45,377 bases of DNA. Origin: a candidate division WOR-3 bacterium. GTDB taxonomy: Bacteria > Hydrothermota > Tepidihabitantia > Tepidihabitantales > DTDR01. Below, piece by piece: positions 9,340 through 19,305 of this stretch (positions within the stretch are counted from its first letter, which is position 1; every line of letters begins with the position of its first letter). The notes under the pieces were generated by a model that saw only the letters and a program-made list of their open reading frames with translations, searched no databases and was not told where the DNA came from. The stretch is from positions 1 to 45,377 of the forward strand of contig JBDRVN010000007.1 in the NCBI GenBank assembly GCA_039801885.1. The letters run 5' to 3'. The translations under genes were made by a program, and so were the position numbers.

Positions 9340-10369
9340 CTTCTTTCTTTATGTCTTTCAAAATATCACTCACATCCATCCCCAAACTTAATCCCCATTT
9401 CTCTAAGGTATTTTTTAATTCTTCTAAGGATTTTTTACCAAAGTTCTCAATGTTTAATATCTCCTTTTCAGTCAATTGCACTAAATCGCCAATCGTTCTC
9501 ACATTTACCTTGCCACCGTCTTTATATCGGCCATTTTTTAAACAATTGATTGCTCGGTTAGAAAGTTCTAAATCTTCAACATCCCGCACCAAAATTTCTC
9601 TTAACCTTTCTTTTTCTCGATCCGGCCTTTCTTCCGGCAAAAATTTCAATGCGGTTTCTTTCGGAATTAAATGTTCAAAACTATTTCTTAAAATATTTGC
9701 TGCTTGGATCAATGCCTCTTCCGGTGCCACTGTGCCATCAGTCCAAATTTCTAAAATTATCCGTTCCAAATCAGTTCTTTCTAAATATTGCATTGTTTCC
9801 ACCTGATAGTTTACCTTTTTTACTGGTGAGAAAAAGGCATCAAGAAAAATTGTCCCAATAGGCACTTCTTCGGTTACTTTTCTTAATTTTTCGGCAGGTA
9901 CATATCCCCGACCATTTTCTACTCTCATTTCCATTTTTAACTTTTTATCCGCCGTTAAAGTAAGTATCGGCTGTTCGGGATTGGCAATAATTACCTCCGG
10001 CGGAACCTGTAAATCCTTTGCCTTATATTCTCCTTCTTTTTCGGTATAAAGATAACAAGTTTTAGGAACTTCCGAATTTAAACGAAGCCTTACTTTTTTT
10101 AAATTCAAAATAATCTGGGGAACATCTTCTAAAACATCGGGAATACTAGAAAACTCGTGCGCTACACCATCAATTTTCACCTGCGTAATCGCCGCACCCT
10201 GCACCGAAGACAAAAGACTTCTTCTTAAAGCAGTACCAATTGTGTGCCCCCAGCCTCTTTCTAATGGTTCAATAAAAAATTTGGTATAAGAATCGGTCTG
10301 GGTTTCCTTTTCAACCTCAACTTTTTCTAAAATAATAAAATGTTTTAAATAATAAGTTTTTTCAAGCAT
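9317..10369 (-). CDS. rpoA: DNA-directed RNA polymerase subunit alpha
   Basis: EPLERGWGHTIGTALRR, HEFSSIP, GRGYVPA, DAFFSPV, NFGKKSLEE. Confidence 0.97.
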   Translation of the reverse strand: MLEKTYYLKHFIILEKVEVEKETQTDSYTKFFIEPLERGWGHTIGTALRRSLLSSVQGAAITQVKIDGVAHEFSSIPDVLEDVPQIILNLKKVRLRLNSEVPKTCYLYTEKEGEYKAKDLQVPPEVIIANPEQPILTLTADKKLKMEMRVENGRGYVPAEKLRKVTEEVPIGTIFLDAFFSPVKKVNYQVETMQYLERTDLERIILEIWTDGTVAPEEALIQAANILRNSFEHLIPKETALKFLPEERPDREKERLREILVRDVEDLELSNRAINCLKNGRYKDGGKVNVRTIGDLVQLTEKEILNIENFGKKSLEELKNTLEKWGLSLGMDVSDILKDIKKEDETQKES

Positions 10370-10388
10370 TTTTACCTCATAAAATTAA

Positions 10389-11000
10389 TTATCTTGAATA
10401 AAATTCAATAATATCTTTCACCGAAACCGGTATGGCACTTAAATCTTCTTCGCTCGGCATACTTATTACCTTGCCTTTCAAATTCTCCCGATCTAAAAGA
10501 AGCCAACTAACACCGGTACTTTCTTTTTCTAAAACTTCTTCTTTGATTTTAGAAATTAATCTTTCGGTGCCCATCGTAATCTCATCACCAACTTTTACCT
10601 GATAAGAAGGAATATTTACTTTTTTATTATTCACCCTGATATGTCCGTGAGAAACCAATTGTCTTGCTTGCGCACGAGAAGAAGCAAAACCTAAACGATA
10701 AACAACATTGTCTAAACGCATTTCTAAAAAAGTAAGTAAAGCACTTCCCGGGTTGGGTTTTTTTTGGGCTTTTTCGTAATATCTTTCAAAATGTTTTTCT
10801 AAAAGACCATACATAAATTTTGCTTTTTGTTTTTCTTTTAATTGGATAGCATAAACTGACATCCGTGATTGCTGTGCCTGTGGTTTTTCTCCTCTTTTTT
10901 GTAAGATACATTTATCACTATAACATTTCTCTCCCCTTAAAAAGAGCTTTTCACCAAAACGTCGACAAACTTTACATCTTGCTTCAGTAAATCTTGCCAT
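10389..11000 (-). CDS. rpsD: 30S ribosomal protein S4 (zinc-binding form); start revised to ATG 11000
   Basis: MARF...CKVCRR...C...C, QLKEKQK, LEMRLDNVVYRLG, ARQLVSHGH, IEFYSR. Confidence 0.97.
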   Translation of the reverse strand: MARFTEARCKVCRRFGEKLFLRGEKCYSDKCILQKRGEKPQAQQSRMSVYAIQLKEKQKAKFMYGLLEKHFERYYEKAQKKPNPGSALLTFLEMRLDNVVYRLGFASSRAQARQLVSHGHIRVNNKKVNIPSYQVKVGDEITMGTERLISKIKEEVLEKESTGVSWLLLDRENLKGKVISMPSEEDLSAIPVSVKDIIEFYSR

Positions 11001-11002
11001 AA

Positions 11003-11377
11003 TTATACCCTTCTTTTCTTTGGTGGTCGACACCCATTATGAGGAACAGGAGTAACATCTTGAATACTCAAAATTCCTAATCCGGCGTTTTGTAATGCCC
11101 TAATCGCTGCCTCCCTTCCCGGACCAGGTCCTTTTATTTTAATCTCTACTTTCCTCACACCCATTGCGTATGCCTCTTTTCCAACTATTTCACCTGCTTG
11201 TTGAGCAGCATAAGGAGTTCCTTTTTTTGTTCCTTTAAACCCTGCCTTTCCTGCGGATGCCCAGCATACAACATTTCCCTGCTTATCAGTAATTGTGATA
11301 ATTGTATTATTAAAGGTGCATTGAATATGGGCAATCATAATTGGGTCAACTTTCTTTTTTGATTTTGCTTTTGCCAT
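11003..11377 (-). CDS. rpsK: 30S ribosomal protein S11
   Basis: [42 protein letters not shown]. Confidence 0.98.
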   Translation of the reverse strand: MAKAKSKKKVDPIMIAHIQCTFNNTIITITDKQGNVVCWASAGKAGFKGTKKGTPYAAQQAGEIVGKEAYAMGVRKVEIKIKGPGPGREAAIRALQNAGLGILSIQDVTPVPHNGCRPPKKRRV

Positions 11378-11383
11378 AGTTAA

Positions 11384-11758
11384 TTAACTTTTAATTTTTA
11401 AAACTCCTGCTGTTTTCCTCGGTCCCTTTCTTGTTCGAGCATTCGTCCTTGTTCTTTGACCCCTAACAGGTAATCCTCTCTGATGTCTTATTCCCCGATA
11501 ACAACCAATTTCAATCAATCTCTTAATATTAGCTCCTACTTCTGACCTTAAAGCGCCTTCCACTTTATAATTAGTTTCAATCTCTTTTCTTAAAGCAGTA
11601 AATTCCTCATCAGTTAATTCTTTCACCTTTTTATCGCCAGAAATACCTAACTTCTCCAAAATAATTTTAGCCGTTGGTAAACCAATCCCATAAATCAAAG
11701 GTAAAGCATAAAGAATCTTCTTATTATCCGGTAAATCAACACCTACTAATCTTGCCAT
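11384..11758 (-). CDS. rpsM: 30S ribosomal protein S13
   Basis: [41 protein letters not shown]. Confidence 0.98.
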   Translation of the reverse strand: MARLVGVDLPDNKKILYALPLIYGIGLPTAKIILEKLGISGDKKVKELTDEEFTALRKEIETNYKVEGALRSEVGANIKRLIEIGCYRGIRHQRGLPVRGQRTRTNARTRKGPRKTAGVLKIKS

Positions 11759-11856
11759 AGCTTTTAAATTTTAATAAAAATTTTTAAAATATCAACTAAA
11801 TAATTTATTATTATAATAAAAATTCATTAAAAATCAAGAAAAATATTAACCAAAGG

Positions 11857-12765
11857 TTAAAATAAAACTTCTAATTTTTCTTCATCAACATTTACCATTT
11901 TACAGAATTCAATAACTTCTTTTTCTACTTCTTTTTTACCAAGGACAATTTTTTTTGCTTTCTTTTCTAAATTAGGGGCAAAAAGATAATAATAATCTTC
12001 GTTGCTATCATAAAGCACTCCGCAAGCAAAATAATCATCATCTTTATCAACCAAACCACAAGGAACATTTAATTGGGTAATCTCGCCCTCCCAGATATCC
12101 CAACTTTTGTCAATCAAATATCGCTTTCCCTTTTTTAAATATCGCAACCAAGATTCAATTCGAAACTTCTTTCTTTTATTAGGCGACTTGGCTTTTATCC
12201 CTTTCGGAGCCGAAACTGTAAAAATCTTTCCCCCGCCTTCCATTTCCTTTTCTGATAAATATTCTTCATTATCTTGATTATTAGGAATATCTGTTGGTTT
12301 AATGATAATTACTACATATTTAGGTGAAATCACTTCCATTTCTAAAGAAAGAAGTAAACTCATAAAGTTTTTGTCACGGAGATAGGAGATAGATTCAATA
12401 ATAAATAAGTCTAAATCCAAATCCTTACTCATCAATTTTTTTAAGCCAAACAAGATGTTTTTTTGGGCAAAGGGATGGGACGGTGAAATGGTGCCGATAA
12501 AATAAATCTCTTTTGGCGCTATTTCATAAAGTCCTTCTCCTTCTTTTTCCAATATCCCAATTCCCATTGTGGTTGGTGGTCCAATATTTGACTGGCCAAT
12601 ATCCATATCCAAAACACCCGTCTTTAATTTTGCCTTATAACCTTGATTAGCTAAATAAGTAGTAAAAAAGGTTTTCCCAACATTACCCCGGCCTAATATC
12701 AAAACTTTTCCGGGCGAAGTCAAAATCTCTTCACACACCCTCTGCCAACTTTTCGGAATTTCCAT
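11857..12765 (-). CDS. Clp1/Grc3-family polynucleotide 5'-hydroxyl kinase-like P-loop protein
   Basis: EIPKSW, Walker A GRGNVGKT, DMDIGQSNIGPPTTMG, YFIGTISP, R...R...W..Y lid motif. Confidence 0.85.
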   Translation of the reverse strand: MEIPKSWQRVCEEILTSPGKVLILGRGNVGKTFFTTYLANQGYKAKLKTGVLDMDIGQSNIGPPTTMGIGILEKEGEGLYEIAPKEIYFIGTISPSHPFAQKNILFGLKKLMSKDLDLDLFIIESISYLRDKNFMSLLLSLEMEVISPKYVVIIIKPTDIPNNQDNEEYLSEKEMEGGGKIFTVSAPKGIKAKSPNKRKKFRIESWLRYLKKGKRYLIDKSWDIWEGEITQLNVPCGLVDKDDDYFACGVLYDSNEDYYYLFAPNLEKKAKKIVLGKKEVEKEVIEFCKMVNVDEEKLEVLF

Positions 12766-12823
12766 AGATTAATTTTAAAATTATAATAAGAAAATGTTAA
12801 AAATCAAGATGCTTCAGACTAAT

Positions 12824-12852
12824 TTGATTTTAATAGGTTTTTGGATTAAAAT
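12824..12852 (+). promoter_or_regulatory. sigma70-type promoter of the C25 peptidase gene (leaderless)
   Basis: TTGATT-N17-TAAAAT ending 5 nt before ATG 12858. Confidence 0.6.
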
Positions 12853-12857
12853 TTATT

Positions 12858-15800
12858 ATGGGAATTTTATTTTTTATTATTAATTTTCTTATTAATTTTA
12901 ATGGTGCTCGGTATTTAATTATTGCTCCCGATGAATATAAACCAATATTAGAAGAGTTAGCAAATTGGAAAAATGAAAAAGGAATAAAATCTTATATTGC
13001 CACCCTTTCTCAAACTGGTCATACAGTTGATAGTATTAAAAATTATATTGTTAATGCCTATAACAATTGGCCGATAAAACCGGAATTTATTTTGCTTGCC
13101 GGTGCTCCTAATTTTATTCCCAGTTATAATTCAAGAATTGATGACTATTACGGAGACCTTACCGGTAATTATTTAATTGAAATTCCTGTGGGTCGCTTAC
13201 CTTTTAGAAATTTTACTCAATGTTCAACAATGGTAAAAAAAATCTTAGCCTATGAGAAAGGAGAAATCTTTTCTCAAGATACGAGTTTTATTTTAAAACT
13301 GACAACAATCGTCAGGGAGGACCAGCCTCCTGATCCTTATTATCAAGTGGATGCACGATATATAAGAAATCTTGCCTTACAGAACGGTTTTATCCTTGCC
13401 GAAAGTCTTTTAAATCTTTTAGGACATAATGCTAATGATGTTATCAATAGTATGAATGATGGTCGAGCCTTTTTAGTTTATCGTGGGCAAGGAGTGGGTA
13501 ATTGGTGGTCGCCTTTTAATATTAATGTCGCTTTAGCAAATAATTTAAACAAACTACCAATAGTCATTTCTGCTACTTGTCAAACGATGGCATTAGGTGT
13601 GAATGAAAGTATGTTGGGCGAGGCTTTTATAAGATTTGGCAAACCTTGTTCTTTAAAAGGAGCAATTGCCTTTTTGGGCACCACTACTTCCGGTAGCAGC
13701 ATTTCTCAACAACGCGGTACCTATGCCCGAGCATTTTTTGATGCTATCTTTAATAATAAAATTTATAAATTAGGTTTAATCCATAAAAGGGCGAAATATG
13801 TTTTAGATTCAATTTTCCATAATCAAACCCGTTATCAAGAATGGAATTTTTATGGCTGTCCGGAAATGCCAATTTGGACACAAAAACCAAAAAAGTTAAT
13901 AATTGAGTGTGATACCATTGTCAATTTAGAACCCCAAGAATATGTAATAAGAATTAAAGACTTTGTAACCCAAATGCCCATTCCTAATGTTTTTGTCTGT
14001 TTAACAATGGATTCTACTATTTATCTTTTTGATTCTACCGATAATTCCGGCTATATCCGTTTTAATTTTTCTCCTTCTCATCTTGGCAATTTCAAAATTG
14101 TTGCCCATTATTATAATTATTTACCAGAAATCAAAATTGGTAGAGTGATTCCTGGAAATATTCCTTATTTACAATATCAAGGTATTACCATTAATGATTA
14201 TCCTCAGGGCAACGGTGATAATCAAATAAATCCCGGTGAAGAAATTTGGGGCTATCTTAAAATTAAAAATATCGGTCAATATCCGGCTTATAATGTAAAA
14301 GGTATATTAAGAAGTGAAGTTGTTAATATTTTAGATTCAATATTAAATTTTCATAATATTTTACCGAATGATAGTTCTTTTTCTTATTATCGTTTTTATA
14401 CTCCTCAAAATTGCACCGCCTATCAACAAATACCATTTAATTTAATTTTAAGAGATACTTTTAATAACCAATGGCAGATTAATTTCTCCTTAACGGTGTT
14501 CGCTGGTAAGATCAAAATAATCTCTTTCTTTATCAATGATTCACCACCGTTTGGCAACAACAACCATCAGTTAGGAAGAAATGAAGGAATAAAATTGATT
14601 CCCAAAATTAGTAATGTCGGTAATAGTTTCTTAAGAAATCTCGGATTAAAAATTTTACCAGTTGGTATTACCCGAAATTATATCAACATAATTGATTCTT
14701 TAACTAATATATCTTTTATAAATTCTAATGAAACAATCTTTAATCCCGAAAGATATTTTACTTTAACCAGTTCCGCCAGTTTACTAACAAATTATCCCTT
14801 TTCTTTTAAGTTATATATCCGTGCCTTTGGTGAAACCTATCAGGTTTTCGATAGTTTCGATTTTAATTTAGTATCAGAAAATTTAGGAAATATTGAACCG
14901 GTTGGTCCGGATAATTATGGTTATTATGCTTATGATGATGTCGATACCTTAACTGGGCAAGCACCAGTTTATGAATGGTATGAAATATCTCAAATTGGAA
15001 GACTGATACCGGAAATATCTAATCATGATGCCGCAGTAATCACTCTTCCTTTGCCTTTCCGTTTTAAATATTACGGAATCTGGTATGATTCAATCTCTAT
15101 TTGTTCTAATGGTTTTTTGGCAATGGGAAGAACCAATTATCGTTTTGGTAATAATGGACCAATTCCGGATACGAGCGGACCACCGGCAATGATTGCTCCC
15201 TTCTGGGACGATTTAAATACCGATGAGAATCAGAATAACGGTTACGGAGATATTTATGAATATTACGACCAAGAAAATCATCTTTATATTGTTGAATTCT
15301 ACCAAGTTGCCCATCACCGGCGACCAAATGTGCGAGAAACCTTTCAAACTATTTTCTACGACCCAAGATATTATCTAACACCCACTGGTGACGGTGAAAT
15401 ACTCTTCCAATATTATCTTGTTGCTGACCCAACGAGTTTAACCTTAGGAATTGAAAACCCTCAAGAAAATGACGGTATTCAATGCCTTTACAATAGTAAT
15501 TACCATCCTAATACTGCCTTACTTACTTCTCGTCGGGCAATCAAGTTTACTACTAAAAGACCAATAAACCAAAGACCTTATTTAACAATTATTAATATTT
15601 TTGCTTCTGATTCGTTAGGAAACAATAATGGGCTTTTAGAACCAAATGAGAGAATTTTGTTAACCTTTCAAATTAAGAATTTTGGTGATACTACTGCTTT
15701 TAACACCCTAGGGATTCTTAGAAATCTTGATAATAATGTTATACTGATTGACTCTATCAAAACCTTTGGCAACATACCGGTTGGTAATATTGTCTCTAAC

Positions 15801-16115
15801 TTTCCTCCTTATATTTTTGATATTATCTCTCAACCAAACGATTCAATTTTAGATTTCTCTCTTTCTTTAAATTGTGATAATTACTCAATCAATATTCCTT
15901 TCTCTCTACCGGTTGGTTATCAAAGTAAAATTAAAGAAAAATTTTCAATGATAATTAAAAAAAATTCCCAATTAAAATTTGATAAAAAGAATTCCTTAAT
16001 CTTAAATCCTTTAGGTCAAAAGATAAGTAATGGAAAATTAAAGAAAGGAATATATTATCTTTTAATTAAAGAGGATAAAAAATGGTTAAAAAGAAAATTT
16101 ATCTATTTACCCTAA
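12858..16115 (+). CDS. Secreted C25 (gingipain-family) peptidase-like multidomain protein with Ig-like repeats and C-terminal sorting-like domain
   Basis: YLIIAP, LANWKNEKG, FILLAG, IPVGRLP, ISATC, GAIAF, WNFYGCPEM; three N(G/N)D..INPGE-type Ig modules; GPDNYGY...IAPFWDDL domain; GQKI...LKKGIYYL tail. Confidence 0.85.
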   Translation: MGILFFIINFLINFNGARYLIIAPDEYKPILEELANWKNEKGIKSYIATLSQTGHTVDSIKNYIVNAYNNWPIKPEFILLAGAPNFIPSYNSRIDDYYGDLTGNYLIEIPVGRLPFRNFTQCSTMVKKILAYEKGEIFSQDTSFILKLTTIVREDQPPDPYYQVDARYIRNLALQNGFILAESLLNLLGHNANDVINSMNDGRAFLVYRGQGVGNWWSPFNINVALANNLNKLPIVISATCQTMALGVNESMLGEAFIRFGKPCSLKGAIAFLGTTTSGSSISQQRGTYARAFFDAIFNNKIYKLGLIHKRAKYVLDSIFHNQTRYQEWNFYGCPEMPIWTQKPKKLIIECDTIVNLEPQEYVIRIKDFVTQMPIPNVFVCLTMDSTIYLFDSTDNSGYIRFNFSPSHLGNFKIVAHYYNYLPEIKIGRVIPGNIPYLQYQGITINDYPQGNGDNQINPGEEIWGYLKIKNIGQYPAYNVKGILRSEVVNILDSILNFHNILPNDSSFSYYRFYTPQNCTAYQQIPFNLILRDTFNNQWQINFSLTVFAGKIKIISFFINDSPPFGNNNHQLGRNEGIKLIPKISNVGNSFLRNLGLKILPVGITRNYINIIDSLTNISFINSNETIFNPERYFTLTSSASLLTNYPFSFKLYIRAFGETYQVFDSFDFNLVSENLGNIEPVGPDNYGYYAYDDVDTLTGQAPVYEWYEISQIGRLIPEISNHDAAVITLPLPFRFKYYGIWYDSISICSNGFLAMGRTNYRFGNNGPIPDTSGPPAMIAPFWDDLNTDENQNNGYGDIYEYYDQENHLYIVEFYQVAHHRRPNVRETFQTIFYDPRYYLTPTGDGEILFQYYLVADPTSLTLGIENPQENDGIQCLYNSNYHPNTALLTSRRAIKFTTKRPINQRPYLTIINIFASDSLGNNNGLLEPNERILLTFQIKNFGDTTAFNTLGILRNLDNNVILIDSIKTFGNIPVGNIVSNFPPYIFDIISQPNDSILDFSLSLNCDNYSINIPFSLPVGYQSKIKEKFSMIIKKNSQLKFDKKNSLILNPLGQKISNGKLKKGIYYLLIKEDKKWLKRKFIYLP

Positions 16116-18397
16116 TTTTTTTATTATTTTTTTTAAAAGCCGAAGGGAAATTTCCTGAACGATATCATACTTATGGTGAAATGGTTAATGAAATACATTA
16201 TCTTAATGTTCAATATCCGGAAATTACTAAAATTTATGCCCTGGGCTATAGTCAAAGATTTAATTTACCCATTTGGGCATTAAGAATAACTTCTAACCCT
16301 AATATTGAAACACAGGATAAACCAACTATCCTTTTTGATGGGATTCATCATGCTTCAGAAATTCTTGGCTGTGAAATGTGCCTCTATCTTGCTAATAAAC
16401 TATGTCAAAATTATTCTACTGATTCATTAATAAAAAATTTTGTTGATAATTTAGACATTTGGATTGTGCCAATGGTCAATCCTGATGGTCATTATATAAC
16501 TGAATTAGGCTTAGATTCTATTTGGCGAAAAAATTTAAGGGATAATAATAATAACGGTAGGATTGATTTAGATTATGATGGAGTTGATTTAAATAGAAAT
16601 TATGATTTTCTATTTGAACGGGGAGGCTCAAACGAACCAAGTAATCGTTATTATCGCGGACCTTATCCTTTTTCCGAACCAGAAGTGCGCACAATAAGAG
16701 ATTTGGCATTAAATAAGAAATTTATATTAAATGTTTCTTTCCATTCCGATAAAGACTCCCATATGGGTGAAAGGATTTATTATCCTTGGCGTTGGGGAAA
16801 TAGTTTTTCACCCGACCATCAACATATTAAAGCTATCTGTGATACTTTTGCTTTAAATATTATCAATGATGCTAATAACGGAACCTATTTAAGTATTTAT
16901 GGAAATGCCCAGGAAGGCGGTTTAGAAAGAAATTACTTGTATTATACTTTAGGAACCTTTGCCTTTACCTGTGAAATGTGGCGGGGCTATTATCCGCCCG
17001 AAGAAAAAGTTGATACAATTTGTGAAAAAGTATTTACCGGTGCCCAATATCTACTTAAAAGAATCTTGCAATCCCACTTGGCAATTAAAGTATTAGATTT
17101 AAATACCAACGAACCTTTAAAAGCAGAATTAAGAGTTTTAGAAGCCTACGCACCACCGGAAACAATTTTGCCAAGATATACTGACCAAATTTTTGGTAGG
17201 GCAAGAAGAATATTGAAACCAGGTATTTATACTATTGAAATTCTAAAAGATGGCTACTATCCAATAAGATTTAGTATTGAAGTTCCAGCCTTTAATATCA
17301 AAGATACTACTGTTTATTTAGAAAAGATGCCTGGTTGGATTAAAAAACCAGACGTCCCTTCTTTAAGAAAAGTAAGAAGTGGCGGTGCTTTATGTGCTTT
17401 AGGAGACAAAATTTATGCATTGATCGGCAATAATATAAATGATTTATTCTGTTATGATATAAATTCTGATAGTTGGAAAAAAATAAGTGAAGTGCCTGAG
17501 GGAAATAGTAAAAAGAATGTAAAAAAGGGAGCCTCAATTTGTACAGATGGAAGATATCTTTATATTACCAAAGGAAATAATACAAGAGATTTCTTTCGTT
17601 ATGACCCAATAAATAATTCTTGGAAAGAATACGAGATTATTTTTTCTAAAGGAATAAGAGGAAGTTCAATGGCTTTTGATGGCGATTCTTTTATTTATAT
17701 TATCTGTGGTTCCAACAATAATGAGTGGAGAAGATTTAACATCTATACTGAAAAATTTGAATACTGCAATCCCCTGGCTCTTCCTAATGAAAAATGGCGG
17801 GCAGGTTCTTGGATTGTTTATGCTGAAAGTGCAATTTATGCTTTAAGAGTAGGTGGCAAAACAAACGATTTTTATAAAATAAAAAATGGTGAAGTAATAA
17901 GAAAAGAGGATATGCCATTAATTGGTTCAAGTGGCAAAACAAAAAAGGCAAGGGAAGGAAGTGCCGGAGTCTATGATTATAACAATAAATTAATCTATGC
18001 CTTAAAAGGTAATAATACATTAGAGTTTTTTTCTTATGACCCTGCTACTAATCAATGGAAAATATTAGAAGATGTCGGGATACCTTACGGAGTGCCCCAA
18101 AAGAGAATAAGAAATGGCGGTGCTTTGACTTATTCCAATTTTGCCCAAGGTCTTTTTGCTTTGATTGGTAATAATACAAATGAATTTTGGTTTTATCTTC
18201 CTTATTTTAATTTTACATTAAATTTAAAAAACCAAAATCTAATAACAAAAAAGGAATATAAAAAAATTCTTTCTTTAAAAGAAAAAGAGAGAAAAGGATT
18301 TAATATCGTAGGCAGAAAAATTGTTTTTCAACATTTAAAATCTGGAATCTATTTCTCACCCTTGGGGAAAAAAGTAATAATAAAAATTTCTGATTAA
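16082..18397 (+). CDS. Secreted M14 zinc carboxypeptidase with Kelch beta-propeller and C-terminal sorting-like domain
   Basis: Signal peptide, DGIHHASE, VNPDG, WRKN, GVDLNRNY, PFSEPE, SFHS, FTCEM; repeated IYALxGNNT.EF..YD Kelch motifs; GRKI...LKSGIYF tail. Confidence 0.9.
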   Translation: MVKKKIYLFTLIFLLFFLKAEGKFPERYHTYGEMVNEIHYLNVQYPEITKIYALGYSQRFNLPIWALRITSNPNIETQDKPTILFDGIHHASEILGCEMCLYLANKLCQNYSTDSLIKNFVDNLDIWIVPMVNPDGHYITELGLDSIWRKNLRDNNNNGRIDLDYDGVDLNRNYDFLFERGGSNEPSNRYYRGPYPFSEPEVRTIRDLALNKKFILNVSFHSDKDSHMGERIYYPWRWGNSFSPDHQHIKAICDTFALNIINDANNGTYLSIYGNAQEGGLERNYLYYTLGTFAFTCEMWRGYYPPEEKVDTICEKVFTGAQYLLKRILQSHLAIKVLDLNTNEPLKAELRVLEAYAPPETILPRYTDQIFGRARRILKPGIYTIEILKDGYYPIRFSIEVPAFNIKDTTVYLEKMPGWIKKPDVPSLRKVRSGGALCALGDKIYALIGNNINDLFCYDINSDSWKKISEVPEGNSKKNVKKGASICTDGRYLYITKGNNTRDFFRYDPINNSWKEYEIIFSKGIRGSSMAFDGDSFIYIICGSNNNEWRRFNIYTEKFEYCNPLALPNEKWRAGSWIVYAESAIYALRVGGKTNDFYKIKNGEVIRKEDMPLIGSSGKTKKAREGSAGVYDYNNKLIYALKGNNTLEFFSYDPATNQWKILEDVGIPYGVPQKRIRNGGALTYSNFAQGLFALIGNNTNEFWFYLPYFNFTLNLKNQNLITKKEYKKILSLKEKERKGFNIVGRKIVFQHLKSGIYFSPLGKKVIIKISD

Positions 18398-18439
18398 CTT
18401 TTGTAGATTCTATACCGCCTTTAATTTATCTTTAACTTC

Positions 18440-18468
18440 TTGACTTTTTTAAAAAATTTAAATAGAAT
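18440..18468 (+). promoter_or_regulatory. sigma70-type promoter for the GxxExxY gene
   Basis: TTGACT-N17-TAGAAT followed by AAGGAAAGG SD-like sequence before ATG 18494. Confidence 0.6.
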
Positions 18469-18493
18469 TTGAGAAAATTAAAGGAAAGGTTTT

Positions 18494-19305
18494 ATGGATT
18501 ATTTAAAAGAAGTAAAAGAAGCAGCCGGAGAAGTTTTAAGAGAATTAGGTAAAGGATATGAGGAAAAAGTTTACGAAGAAGCATTAGCCCATGAACTGAG
18601 AATAAGAAAAATTCCTTACGAAAGACAGAGAAATTTTGAAATTATTTATAAAGGCTACAAAGTCGGTGAAGGAAGGACGGATTTAATACTAAATCCTCTT
18701 TGGTATAAGAAAGGTGGTGAAGAAATTGTCTTAGAATTGAAAAAGGGAGGGAAGATTTCTGATGCCCACAGAAGACAGGCACAGGTATATATGATTTCTT
18801 TGAATATTAAGAGAGGGGCAGTTTTAAGTTTTGGTGACGAGATTATTTTAGAAGAGGTTAAGAGACCAAAAACAACTATGAACCTTTACGTTGCTAAAGG
18901 GAAAAAATCAAATAAACCAATTTTTACATTACTTAGAAAATCGGCAGAAGAGTTGTTCAAATATTTTGGTGTCGAATTTTTTACCGAGATAAAAGCGGCG
19001 TAGATATCTTTACCAATGCTATTGGCGTGGAAATGCGATTGAATGGCATTGAATATTCAAATGCTACTTTTCCTATTTGTTATAAAAACCATCAAGTAAG
19101 CGATTTTTCGTTTGATTTTGTTTTTCCCAATGGTGAAATTGCCAATGTTTACTCTTACAAAAATAAAGAAGAAATAGAAGAAAAATTAGAGGAATTTAAA
19201 ACCTATTTAAAATTATTTAATTTAAAGAAAGGTTATCTTATTTGTTTCCCTTTAATAGAGGAAGATAAAGTTTTAATAGAAGCGGTAGAAAATATAACAA
19301 AATAG
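18494..19305 (+). pseudogene. Tandem GxxExxY (PD-(D/E)XK-like) protein split by a -1 frameshift (ORFs 18494-19003 and 19027-19305)
   Basis: First domain LGKGYEEKVYEEAL...D...ELK...Q...Y; one extra T in the T6 run at 18977-18982 joins both ORFs into one frame. Confidence 0.7.

Noticed and set aside
7673-9861. Plus-strand ORFs 7673, 9013, 9086, 9292, 9351, 9649
   Set aside because: Antisense to the LytR_C gene, rplQ and rpoA; no motifs.
11759-11856. Hidden rpmJ (L36) upstream of rpsM
   Set aside because: Gap is 98 bp of AT-rich promoter-like sequence, too short and without an MKVR-like frame.
15106-18020. Minus-strand ORFs 15106, 16518, 17340, 17784
   Set aside because: Shadows inside the two peptidase genes.
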